From positions 1,364,001-1,428,000 of the forward strand of contig CAJFCJ010000010.1 of the NCBI GenBank assembly GCA_904063045.1: DNA of 64,000 nucleotides. The letters run 5' to 3'. This document shows positions 41,611-54,260 of this stretch, one piece after another; the stretch's first letter is position 1; each line of letters starts with the position of its first letter. This DNA comes from Dimorphilus gyrociliatus. Its lineage: Eukaryota > Animalia > Annelida. The position numbers and the translations under genes are program-made. The notes beneath the pieces were generated by a model. That model saw only the letters and a program-made list of their open reading frames with translations. It was not told the DNA's origin and did not search any database.

Positions 41611-42998
41611 CCCTTTTATTTTACTCTACTCTATTACAATTGATTTTACTTTTTCTTCTCTTCTTTTTGTGTCAAAAGAGATATATACATTATAGAATTG
41701 CCCATCAACCTTGGTTTTGTTAGTAAATAAAATTTCTACCATTAATTTGCTTTCTTTTTATCTAAGAACATCATCAATTTATAATTAATATTTTTTTTTT
41801 GGGCGAATGAATACATGCATTGGAATAGAATTGACTAAAAAAAAAATTCTCTACAAATTGACTCTAGGCCTAGTTCTTTGTTGCGTAACTAATCGTTAGG
41901 AAAAAAAGCTTAAAGCCCCCCCTTTTTTCCATTCTAGTGTGCTTTTTTTGTTAATTCATCTATATTACAAACTGTTGGTTCTTTCTAAACAGAAGGCTTA
42001 AAAAATGTATCAATCTATTCAAAGTTTTTTACAATTTCTTTTTCTACGAGAAAAAAGGATATATATATATATATATATAGATAAACAGATAGAAAAATGG
42101 GCAGGGAGGGATAAAGGACAGAAAGAAAGAGAGAGAGAGAGAGAAGCGCGAAGAAAAGTGCGAGAAAAAGAGACTAAGTAAACAAATAGCCTATTCACTT
42201 TAATGTGACGCCCTTTTCATAAATGTTTGCAATTTATCGACAGAAAAATTACGTCCAAAGGTGCCTTACTTCTGGCCATAAAATAAGAGATCATCAATTA
42301 CCCGAAGCATTTTCCGAACGCAAACTTAAATAGCACACTTAAAAATTCATTGATTTCTTTTTATTTTTCGAATGAAAAACAAAAAGAAAAGAATAAATAA
42401 AAAAAAAACAGATTTTATGTAAATTTAAAGCGGTATTAATTATAATAAATTGTAAATTTCTTCTATTTCTTGTATAAATTATACTTGAAATAATAAAAAA
42501 TATGAATAAAATGACAATTTTCCTTTTGGCTAAATGAACAAAGTATTCCATTTAAAAAGTTTCTTTTTATGTTGAAAATTCTAAGGCAATAGTTTTATGT
42601 CCTTGAGAATTATATTTATTATAGAAACTGTCAAATATTGTTAAATAATAAATGGTTGCAAAAAAATTGATATGTATGATTTTTTATCTAGGCGTAAATA
42701 TATATATATATATGTATATATAGCTAGATTACTCCTCCTATAAGCATGTATTACTTTACGAGTTTTCTTCTAAATTTTAATAATGATACCTCTTATTTTC
42801 AACATCTTCTATTAATCGCAAGATGGCGTTTTTGTATGGATAAAATTGTATTAAATAAACAGGATGTATTCGGATGTATAGAATACAATATACAGTATAT
42901 ATATATATATTATAATACATAAATGAACGATATATAACTGTTCAAAAAAGAAAAGTGTATTTATCTAGATTTTCCAACGTATATTTGTATAAATAGAT

Positions 42999-45880
42999 TT
43001 AGTTTACCATTTTTACCATTCTAATCCATACGAAAATTTTGCTTCTCTTAATTCATCCAGTACGTCTTTACCTTTATTGACATATATATACATCTTTATA
43101 TATTTATATATACAGTATGCATACATTTAATTGTAAAGATAAACAAATTATTTATATTACCAAACTCTTCTTGTAAAGTTTGAATACAATTATCAATTAT
43201 CCATTCAATATTTGTAAATAATCTACCATCATCGTCGTGTAGGCAATAAGATTTCATACTACACCAAATTGATTCACCAACAGTTGGAGCTTTTAATTGT
43301 TTATTACGCCATTTTTCAAATCCAATTAACTATGGAATAGAGAAAGAGTTTTATTTATTATATAGTTTACAACAGTAAGTATTCTCTCTTTTTAACCATA
43401 TTTATAATAATTTGAGGCCAATGAGATCTTGATTTTTTCTTTTTAATATCTTTCTTTAATATACCTATTAAAAAATTAGAAAAGAATAAAGATTATCATT
43501 AGAGAGACACAAACAACCCTTTTTTATATAATAACATCAATATATACATCTAAAAGGGTGTACCTCTAAATAGAACATTCCAAATAATTTCAATAGATAA
43601 ACTAGCAGTTGCTTCTTTCTCCGAATTTTTTAGTTTAATTGAAACGAAACTTGAAAATTCCTCGTTAAAAAATTTTAACCAATTTTCATCATCGAAATAT
43701 TTATTAATAAGTATCTGAAAATGTCAAGTAATTTTATATATTCCTTTAACTAATATTTGATAAATCTATACTAATAGATAGCATATTTTTCTATCTGCTG
43801 GCCCAGATGAATTTGTTTCTTGATAGAAAAACTGTAATTTTTGTTTTTTTAAAAAAAAAATAAAGTTAAATATTAAAATAAAAGTTTACTTATTCTTACT
43901 TTAATAGCATCCTTATAAGCTTCAAGACATTGATTATGTAATCCTATAACATGAATTACCCTTTTATGACCTAGTTTCCATGCCGTTATTAATTTTATAT
44001 TCGATAAGAAAAAATTTGGATTTTCTTTATCAAATTTTTTCAATACTGGAATTTGATTTTTTTCTAAAATATCATTTATTTCTTGTTCAGATATCTGAAA
44101 CGTATAATCTTATAAATCAATTAATATAGAAATTGTATATTTATTTATGTATATTTTCACATTACATGTTTAAAAATATAAGTTATGACGTCATTACATT
44201 TTCTGTGAGCCTCCCGAAGGTAAGAGTTTTTCCAAGAAGAAAACGTATTATCATAAACATTTTGCAAGAAATTGAATAATATTTTTAAAGTTGCAAAATT
44301 ATTAATTTGCTTATGAATGAGAAAGACAATTAATTAATTAATTAATTAATATTCAATTTGAATATTTGTTACTTACAGCATTCTTCAATATACGAAATTC
44401 ACTATTGTATAGTAATTTAACAAATTCAAAAGTAGTATAACAACAATTCAACCGTTCAAGAGTTTTAATGCAAGCGGAAACTAAACTGGAGATTTCATGA
44501 TTAGGAATAGATTGAAATTTATCAATAAGTATTTTTTTAGAGTATTTAATACAAAGTGTAATTAATCTATTTAGAGAATCCTTATGCCATCGAAAATCCC
44601 AACAATTATAAATAAGATTCTTGAAAGACTAAACAAAGATAAGAGAGAAAAGAGTATAGATAAATAATTTTTGACAATTGTGTACTTTTTTTATTATTTA
44701 CTTTAAAGAAATTAATAAATAAGATTGGATAATTTCCTTCAAGAACAAATGTATAAGATTTCCTAAAGAAATCTAATAGATAAAATATTCGTCTTTCGTC
44801 CCTTTCGCAAGCCGATAAACCATTTAATAGAAATAATAGATTAGCAGTACCAAATATCTAAAATATTTATACTTTTTTAACTAATTAGTTAATTAATTAA
44901 TGTATAGACCTCAATTTTTGAAGGATATTCAAAAGGTCTTGTAAATTGAACGCCAACTAATCCAAGGCATAACAATTTTGTATGTCTTTTGAGGAAAGGT
45001 CTTAAAATAAAATGAAACAAATAGTATAATATTGATAATAGCCTAATTAAAGTTAATTATAATTAGAAAAATTAAAGGAAACTCACTCCATAATAAAGGC
45101 GTTACATTTCCATTTGCCAGAAATGTCTAGATATTCTAATTCAGGCCAAAATATTCTTTGTAGAAGAATATCAAAGATTGAATAACTGTTGACCTCTACC
45201 GTTGGATCATTTGCAATAGTTAGACTCTTTAAAGGTTTTAACGTTATAATTTGTTCCAAGTTGAAACTGGCCGGATAATAGGTTTGTATAAATATTTTCA
45301 ATTTTGGCAATTGGCATACTGGTTGTATATCGGTGACGCTCGTTCCAGTTAATTCCAAACATTTAATTAATTGTATATAATTTATTATATCCTTTAAATC
45401 CTGATTATGAAAAGGGATTGATACTAATCTCAATGTTCTTAAATTGGTGAAATTTTTAATACAGCTTAATTCTCTCTTTCTATTGTTGAATAGGCGACAA
45501 TTTCTTATTGATAAAAATCTTAAATATTCAGTTTCGATATATTGTAACCATTCACTTATTGGAAATTCATCAACTCCACTAATATTCACTAATTCTAGAT
45601 GATGATTCTTTAATAGATTTCTCAATGATTTCTTACTAATAAATCTTGCATTCATCTCAACCCTTGTAAGGCAACTTCGTTTACTTTTGAATAATTTTAG
45701 ATGCTTTTCATTGATACCATTCTCTATCATATCTATTGTCTCAAATATAGAATCGGCCAAATTCCATCGGAGGTAGAAATTAGGAGTCATCATCTTATAG
45801 GCGTGTAGGATATATGTATTCTTACCCAAATAATTTAAACATTTATCCTCCAACCTCTCAACCTCTACTTTCTTCACCAT
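42999..45880 (-). CDS. ZYG11/ZER1-like LRR + ARM-like protein, paralog A (multi-exon)
   Basis: N-terminal VERLEDKCLNYLGKN (ZYG11-type VHL/BC-box-like L-x2-3-CLNY/FL), LRRs (LRFLSIRNC, LRTLRL, LELTGTSVTDIQPVCQLPKLK, LEYLDISGK), next exon PFLKRHTKLLCLGL, helical C-terminal exons ending ...GLEMVKMVN*. Internal exon boundaries only partly traced. Confidence 0.72.
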
Positions 45881-47090
45881 TGTCTCTAACTTTTCAATGC
45901 TTCCTTACCTTAAGACTTTTACCAATTATTAACTATATGGCTTTCCAACTTTCAAAGTCTACCGGTTTTTATAAAATGCGTAGAATATCAAATATGAATT
46001 TCTGTATAATTAATGATTAGCACTATAGGCTCAATGGTAAGTTTTCCGTACAGCCACTCAACTTTTTTAGCCATATATAAGAAATCACTCTACAATGAGT
46101 TTCTACATTCCAATATTGAATGACTTTAACATAAAATATTACATTATGTCAGCCTAATTCAATTGTAGCAATTTTGATAAGATAACAAACCATTGCTTTT
46201 ATTACTTTCTATATTTTATCTTTTTATTTTCCTTGTAATAATTAATTGACTATTTCAATATTGTTATTATATTTTCTCGTCCTTCAATCAATAAAAACAA
46301 TTTGACCTTTGACCACTCTCTTCTTTGTCTATTTAAAGGAAATAAGAAGAAAGTATAGTATGTAGAGAGTATAATATTTTTTTATCTGTACTAAATAAGC
46401 TTCTTTCGAATAAGATAATAACAACAAAAACGAGAGATGAAGAGATTTCAGCTTTTCCAGAAGCCCGTCCACAAACAGCTTATAGTAATTATCCAGCTAT
46501 TAATATCAAGTTCAATAAACTTTAACCTTAAAAAAATTGCTGTTTACCTCTAATAATGTTTTGCTATCCAAGTAAATTATTATTCTACATGTACATGTGT
46601 TATTCATTGGTCTTTTGACAGATTTAAGTTGGTTGTTATAGGTTTATATTGTATTCCTATTACACAATAATGTTTACTACTCCAAGGTTACCTTACCAAG
46701 TATATATATATATATATTATTATAAACTCTAAGCAACGATAAAAAAAACAATCATCAAAATCACCTTATTATTAACATTGTCCAAGTTACACGCTCCATA
46801 GACTTTAAAGGTAATTCGTTGTAGTCGAATAGATTCGACAAGCAAATTAGAAAGGTTTATTTTTTGACAATACTTGAAATTATATAGAGAAACAAGTTGT
46901 TGAATTTACAATGCATATAGTAAAAAAATTATGTTTAATTCCTCATGAAACACGCAAACATCAATAATGAATATGATACTTTGACAAACAAAAACCTTGA
47001 GCTAATTAGAGATGTAAGATGAGTTGTTTAAAATTTATAATAAATAGCTAACACATTCTAGAAAAGATAAATTTAATGTCTATTTACATT

Positions 47091-50000
47091 TCAACAATCC
47101 GTATAACGTTTTAATTCTTCAACAATAAATCTAACGTAGGCAAATTCTTTAGGTTCGAAAACTCTAAGTAGATTAATTAAATTCTTTTCGTAAATGATCT
47201 TTTTAAATTCATTTTCTATAAAGGAAACAAATAGATTCTATAATTAGAAAAAAAGAAATTGTTTTACATTAAATAAACAAACTGTGAATACGACTTTGAA
47301 GATATAACATTCTCACACCGAATATTTGAATACCGAGAACATCTTCGCATAGTAAATATGATATCCAATCCCTGGATATAAATTCATTGGCCAATAAAGT
47401 GGGCGGTGTAATATACCAACTTTTCATTTTTTGAATCTTAATTGTAAATATAAGAGTAGATTTTAAGATAATGTAACAGAAATACATAAATATCAAATAG
47501 CTAAACAAACCAATAGAGAACCATAATGTGTTTGGTTGTGAACCCAATAACAGCAATTACAAGTGCAGTTAGTATCGCATTTACTTTTATGGAATGTTTT
47601 ACAATCTTTTAATCCTAGATATGAATATCTTTAATGTATAATTAAAATATAAATTACCATATTCATACCTTGAATAATGTTATTAGATATTATAATCATT
47701 ATTGGTACAGCGATGTGCAGGGGTTCAGACATCCATTTTACTAATGATTTAATAACTGTTACCTTCTTGAAAAAATAAGCTGTACTTTCATTATTAGATA
47801 ATTTTTCCTTGTTAAATTAATGGAGAGAGAGAGAGGTGAAAATCAGAATTATATTGATAAAACAAAAGAAAGTACTTACTAATATAAGCAGAAAATACTG
47901 TAAAATTGGCTTATCATCAAGAATGTTATTTTTGAAATTAAAATCCTAATTCGAAATATATTTATAGAATATAATTGAAATTAATATATATTTGTCTTTT
48001 AATTACGTTTAAGCCTTTCAGAAAAAATGCTATTCCATCTCCTTCAAGAATTAACGATAGTAAATACTTTGCCGAAATAACAAAAGTCTTTGATAGATTA
48101 TTAACTATTTGAATAAGGCTATATGTAACTAGATTATACTCTCTCAATTGAATCTTCTTTAATAGTATTGACATTATAAATGATATATAACATGCTAAAT
48201 GGTCCATTTCTTTTAAAGAAAACTTTATGGAAATTATTAAAAAAAAAGACTGTTGTTAATTATTTAAATAAAGGAAGATGAGAAGAATATACCTCTGTTT
48301 CCAAATTCGTTAAATTCTTTATCATATTTATTATAATTATTTCATCTTCTTTTGTAATGTTCTCTTGATTATTTGACGAATCAACCCATATTATCAGTTT
48401 TAATGCAGAAATAAACGCACCGTATTTACCGAACTTCTGTTCAAATGAAATTTTTAGCTTATTAGTTAATGAAAATCTCTAAGAATTAACCTTTAATAAT
48501 AGATGGCTTACAGTCAGTACACCAATATCAAATCGCTGCAAATCATTAAGACATTCTTTGCATTCTCCTTTACATCTTTTCCATCCAGCCGGAAAGTCGC
48601 AGACGAAGAAATCTATTGTAAGACGACACTCTGTATTACTTTCAATATAATTTTATATATAACAAAGTAAAGAATCAACTATAACCATTCGTATAAATGG
48701 CTGATAGTCCGCAAATGGCACTCATTTGAACGTCTTCACCGTAATGTCTGTTTGTACGTATTGATAGCAACGAAGTTATCCGTTTTCTTATAAACTCTTC
48801 TCTTACTCTTGAATTTTTTGCCAAGAAATACTAAGAAAACATATCCAAAATATGAGTAAATTACTACTTTCCTTTAACAAAAGAAAATGAAAAACTCTCA
48901 CAATCAAAACTATTACGAATCTTTCATTTATCTTCATCTCTTCAGTAAGAGAAAAATGTTGAAGCTGTTGAATATAGTTGAAAAAAGAAAAAGAAGAAAA
49001 TTTAAATGACTTTACTTGATAATCTTTACTTTATATACTGTATATTGACATACAAACCATAAGGTAACTAGATAAAATATCAACACCATTGCCAACAAAT
49101 AAAAATCCACAAATTTCATTGTATTTACTAACTAATGAACAAAGAACTGGTAATAAGTGTGAAAAGAGATTATCAAATAATTTGGCATCTATTTTAGCCT
49201 CCAGTGTTTTTAACATCCTTAACGTAGATATAGAGATTTTATTCATATAAATCTGATTAGGTTTACCAGTGATGATCTATAAAAAAGTAGAAGGAAAGTT
49301 AATAATTACAGTAAGCTTTTCAAATAAATCTTACAATCTCAATGAAATATATACAAAGTTTAATAGTTTGTTTCATAAAATCGTCCGTATCGTATCCTTC
49401 AGCAGAGTATTTTTCTCTTATATCATCAGCTTTTGATATAAAACTTAGAATAGACGTAAAAGCTTTAAATTTATCAAAACACTGGAAATTTGATATTTTA
49501 ATAAAAGAAGGTGATGGAAGAAAATGATAGAAATAATTTCTACTTACGACATGATGGACGATAAAACAGTTATTAGTTGTAAGAAAACTAACAAAGTATG
49601 GTGCCATTCGCCAACTTTTTTGCTCATTGTCTAAATAATCAAATGTTGAATTAAGGGCGAATGAAAGTAGATTTAAAGGTAATTTTTCAGGGCAAAAATT
49701 AAATATTTTAATTTGATCGAAGAGTAGGATATGTAAATATCCAGGTTCGTCTTCGTGTAATTGTAATAGAACAATATTCTTATTCCACCAATCAAGTAGT
49801 AAAGTTAAACTCTATTTAATAAATAAGTCTAAGTATATTAATATAGATTAGCTGTATTTTTTTTAATGTTCTTATTAATTAAGTTATATACCTTGATATA
49901 ATTAGAATATTCATCTAATCTCTGTTGAATATAATCATATTCTACATGATGATAATGCTCGGAAAATGTCTCCATTAATGTCATACTTTTCATATAATCA

Positions 50001-51090
50001 TTTCTATAATAATTTAACGCATCAATTATTTGATTTAAATTCCAATCAGTGACAACCTAATTAATGGTGTAATTATTAAAAGAATGTATATATACTGTAT
50101 ATATATATATATAGATAGATATACTGTTTATACTTTTATTCCAACAGCGAAAGTCATCTTTGTGCAAATTACTCTCATCAAATCCAAGAAGTGTAATCTT
50201 GGATGTTTTCGCAGAAATATCCTTTTGAATGAAAATAATGATGATATTCTTTATTCATTACGAATGTTCTATATAATTATAAATAATAACTACTTTAACA
50301 CTTCTGATGAGCAATACCACCTTCCTGAGATATCTAAATATTGTAGATTAGGCCATGAAGAACCGAAGAGTAAGGTATTTATTTCAATATCTTTATCATT
50401 ATAATCTTCAGAATCAAAACCTATATCTAATTTTATCAAAGACTTGACAGCCAATAATGGATGAAAATTAGTCTCTTGTTGAAATCTTCGATGGATGTAT
50501 ACTTTTAAACATTTTAGATATTCTAATTTTTCAATATTTGTAACGAAAGTAGACGTTAAGTTGATATTTTCCAAATTAATAGCACTTTGTATTAAATTTA
50601 TAAAATGGGAATTAGTAAAATCTGTAAAGCTTACGTCCAATACTTTTAAATTTGAAAAATCATATTTAGAAAAGTAGCTGCAATCTTCAAAGTAAATATG
50701 ACACCATTGTAAAGAGAAATATTTCAATTTTGTTATATCGATATAATTATCAAATATTATTTGTGAATAGTTCTTTAAACCTAAAAATTGAATTGCTTCG
50801 AGACAATGACCTTTTAAAAATTTATAAGATTCTACTTCTTGAATTTCCGTACAGGCCAATTTAATGGCATTCAAACAAGTATTTTCTCTATTAAAAAATC
50901 TCACATTCTCATCAGTTAATCTTCCTATTTCTCCTAAGAGTGTTAGGATTGGAGTAGCTGTATATGTTGTTAGAAAAAAGTCGTTGTCGGCCATTTTTTG
51001 CTTTTGAAGAATTGATGGAAATCGGACTATATAATTGAGGCATAATCTTTCCAATTTTTCAACGCAAAAACCATTTTCCTTTTCGTCCAT
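47091..51090 (-). CDS. ZYG11/ZER1-like LRR + ARM-like protein, paralog B (multi-exon, longer)
   Basis: VEKLERLCLNYIVRF, LKYFSLQWC, LKVLDVSFTDF, INLTSTFVTNIEKLEYLKCLK, WPNLQYLDISGR|IFLRKHPRLHFLDL|VVTDWNLNQIIDALNYY...; C-terminal LGIQIFGVRML resembles ZYG11 GVQLWAVWAM; last exon ...ELKRYTDC* (stop 47091-47093). Confidence 0.72.
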
Positions 51091-51500
51091 TTTGTCTTTT
51101 CTCTATTTATAATAATTCTCTTGAAAGTATGTCCTTATTCTTATCTCTTTTCTACTTTTGCTAGACTGTTAACACATCAACCATCTTTAACAAACTGGTA
51201 CAATACTTTCGCCAAACCTATCTTTTATAATGATACATCTCAACTTCTACAGCGCATAAGATTACAAAATAGGCCTTTATTTCAACTGTAGTTTTCATAT
51301 ATATTTATAAAGAAACCGTTTTTTTCTTCTATTCTTTGTCTTTTCATTCATCTAGATGAAAAAACATAACTACTCTTTTCTACTTTCTCTTTTCTTTTAT
51401 GCTTTTGATTTAAATCTCTTTGTCTCTCTTCCTCCTTCTCATTTCATATTACAATACGGTTGTAAATACGTAATATCTCAAAAAATTTAAAAAAAAGAAA

Positions 51501-51517
51501 CGTCCCCGGGTGGGCTC

Positions 51518-51574
<57 letters not shown>
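51501..51574 (-). tRNA. trnN-GTT: tRNA-Asn(GTT) copy 1
   Basis: GTCTCCGTGGCGCAATCGGTTAGCGCGTTCGGCTGTTAACCGAAAGGTTGGTGGTTCGAGCCCACCCGGGGACG; canonical cloverleaf with A and B boxes, followed by a T-run. Confidence 0.98.
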
Positions 51575-51753
51575 TCACGCTTTGAGCAGTAAAATTCATA
51601 GTTTTAAACGATGACTTTTTATAATCTGTACAAAAGCATACTTTAATACTCAACGCATATAAACAAACAAATCATAAAAAATAATTCTACGACGGTTTAT
51701 AATTGGCTAACAGATTAGTCAGTAGTCAGATAGTGAAGGCAAAAAAAAGATTA

Positions 51754-51770
51754 CGTCCCCGGGTGGGCTC

Positions 51771-51827
<57 letters not shown>
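51754..51827 (-). tRNA. trnN-GTT: tRNA-Asn(GTT) copy 2
   Basis: Identical to copy 1. Confidence 0.98.
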
Positions 51828-51828
<1 letters not shown>

Positions 51829-52445
51829 TCTTGCGTAATTGTCCCATAGCTCCATCTATATCACCCACATTTATTAACTAGTAAACATAACGTTATCTTG
51901 AAGAACACAATTCAGTCAAATGAACGCACGATTTCTTGTCTCAAAAAGATCAGCCAGATAAGAAAAAAATTGCTTTCAATCATAACATTGGTCAGTAGGA
52001 CATAAGAGTATAGATCAATGGAAATCTTGATGGAAAACTGGCGTGTTGAAAAAGGCTACCAAAAATCACAACATGCAGACAAAAGTCTGTAAAAAGGGTT
52101 GCGTCTTAAGACAATTTTATAACCACTAAAAGGAGGTTAAAGCTAGTAAGCCACTAGCTTAGTCCTGTGTTGTTTCAGCTAAGAAGGAAAACTCTATTAA
52201 AGATTCACAATGTCCAAGCTAAAACTGATAATTACAATAAAAAAGTTACTTATAAAAAACCTTACCATCCTGAATATAAACTTCAAACATTTAACGAATA
52301 TCTAACTCTTTTTTCCTCTCCATTTTAATGAGATTACGATTGTAAAGAGTTTTCGAAGTAACGGAAACTTAAAACGAAAATAAAATAACTTTCGTTTTAC
52401 TGTAACTGAACTTCGTTGACCTGATTGAAGATAAAAAAAAGATTA

Positions 52446-52462
52446 CGTCCCCGGGTGGGCTC

Positions 52463-52519
<57 letters not shown>
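52446..52519 (-). tRNA. trnN-GTT: tRNA-Asn(GTT) copy 3
   Basis: Identical to copy 1. Confidence 0.98.
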
Positions 52520-52520
<1 letters not shown>

Positions 52521-52665
52521 TCTGATATATTCCTTCATTCATACATTTGTTGTTTCATCATTCTCTTGAATTTGACCAAAATTTTATATACTGTCAGTTT
52601 TTGACAGAAAAACGTTTAACAACGTTTTCACTAGCTGTTAAAAGGTGTTCATGAACAAAAATAAA

Positions 52666-52682
52666 CGTCCCCGGGTGGGCTC

Positions 52683-52722
<40 letters not shown>

Positions 52723-52739
52723 AATTGCGCCACGGAGAC
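52666..52739 (-). tRNA. trnN-GTT: tRNA-Asn(GTT) copy 4 (D-loop C>T variant)
   Basis: GCAATTGG instead of GCAATCGG; otherwise identical. Confidence 0.98.
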
Positions 52740-52818
52740 TCACAGAAAACTAGGTTTCACTTTGGAAATTCCGCCCACATTATTCCTATATATAGAAAGA
52801 TAGATGTCTCTAGTGTAA

Positions 52819-53134
52819 ATGTATCATGATGACGCGACGGCGAAAGCTTTTGATCTCGCATTTCGTTTATATACAGCTATGAGCTATAATTTCATCGAAT
52901 ATTTAGATATTAATAATAGCAAATACGAAGAATTTATCACTGTTAAGTATGGTATACTTCACTTAAAGAGTTCGATTGAAAAAAATGGCAAGGTGAGCAT
53001 GTTCAGTGTTGTCGTCGAGTATATCCTCATGCTGATTCTTACACCTTTAGACGTTCCTCAATATTACAACAAATCCCAGCAATGATTTCATTGATATAAA
53101 ATGGAGAATATCTATTGAAGTCCAGTTGTCTTAG
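52819..53134 (+). CDS. Possible small 2-exon ORF or gene fragment (~85 aa)
   Basis: MYHDDATAKAF...EKNGK|GTGAGC (52993)...CCTTTAG (53050)|TFLNITTNP...EVQLS*. Good splice consensus, no homology recognised. Confidence 0.3.
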
Positions 53135-53337
53135 CGAAATCAACGCTCTACACAATTTAGAGGAGAATAAGTAACTTTCCTCCATTTTGCTGTTTCTCAC
53201 CTTTCTGTTAAACTCTACTCCGAAATCTTTTTCTATTTTGCAAACCAAAAAAATACAAAAAAAGATACTTAAAAAAATAAATCTAATAAAGCGATTTACT
53301 ATTTTTAAGCGGTTAAAAGGTATACAAGAACATATTG

Positions 53338-53373
53338 CATCCCCGGGTAGGCTCAAATGACATTCCATTAACC
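53338..53373 (-). pseudogene. Degenerate tRNA-Asn 3' relic
   Basis: CATCCCCGGGTAGGCTCAAA aligns to CGTCCCCGGGTGGGCTCGAA of the intact copies, then decays. Confidence 0.65.
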
Positions 53374-53667
53374 GAGAAATATAAAAGACGAATGCGCTGT
53401 CATCTAATAATTCATCTGTGATTGTTAAGGCTAGATGTCTCCATTTTGCTGTGTCTCACTTCTCTGAACATTAGTCGCAAATCAATATTTTCAAACTTTT
53501 CGTTAGATAGGCCGAAGTCGTCAACAGACTCGCCTCATTGCTGTAAGTAAAAACGGCACACTATAGGCCAATATTTTTATCATTAATTGAAAGTGAATTG
53601 TACTGTCACTAAAAACTTTCTCAAACAAGCCCTGATTGAAAAGTTATTGAGACTTTTGTGGCACAGT

Positions 53668-54116
53668 ATGGATGACAGAATAAAGTAATTATTCAATTTC
53701 TTGTATCACAAGTTATCGCTATCAATATTCATATACAATTGAAAGCTTTTTTTTGGTAATACAACACTTATCGAAGGTTCAGTAAGAAAGTGGGTTAGAG
53801 AATTTAAAGGAGGAAGAACTAATATACTTGATGAAGACAAGCCAGGACGCCCAAAAACTGCCAGTAACAATGAAACACAGAGGACAGAGTTATCGCTCTA
53901 ATCAGAGATAATAAGAGCCAGGCTCAGATGTCTCAAACATTGAATATAAGCCATTCAGTTGTTGAAGGTTTGATTGCAAGTCTTGGATTGAAAAAGATTG
54001 TCTCAAGATGGATTCCCTACCAACTTATTTGGGAACAGAAAGACATGAGGGTGGAGAGGTCTACAGAATTCCTAGAAAACCATGTCGAAGAAGGAGACAT
54101 TTTTTTTAACTGTTAG
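53668..54116 (+). mobile_element. Mariner (Tc1/mariner superfamily) transposase remnant, N-terminal half, with stop and frameshift
   Basis: IHIQLKAFFG...SVRKWVREFKGGRTNILDEDKPGRPKTA (HTH region, SGRP-like) and KKIVSRWIPYQLIWEQKDMRVERS (mariner WVPHEL linker). Breaks off before an intact GDE(T/K)W catalytic motif; no TIRs recognised. Confidence 0.88.
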
Positions 54117-54186
54117 ATAAAAACGGCGAGAATTTTTCGGGTGACCCTAATATTAATAATACATAATTGTTTAAAAAAAAAGTGAT

Positions 54187-54203
54187 CGTCCCCGGGTGGG
54201 CTC

Positions 54204-54260
<57 letters not shown>
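54187..54260 (-). tRNA. trnN-GTT: tRNA-Asn(GTT) copy 5
   Basis: Identical to copy 1. Confidence 0.98.

Noticed and set aside
32542-42551. Track ORFs in the gene-free interval (32542, 34168, 36703, 39324, 41510, 41517, 42339)
   Set aside because: They are low-complexity translations of microsatellites or AT-rich DNA, mostly with non-ATG starts.
46400-47000. Exon-like open stretches between the ZYG11-like paralogs (possible third decayed paralog)
   Set aside because: No consistent frame or motif; may be UTR.
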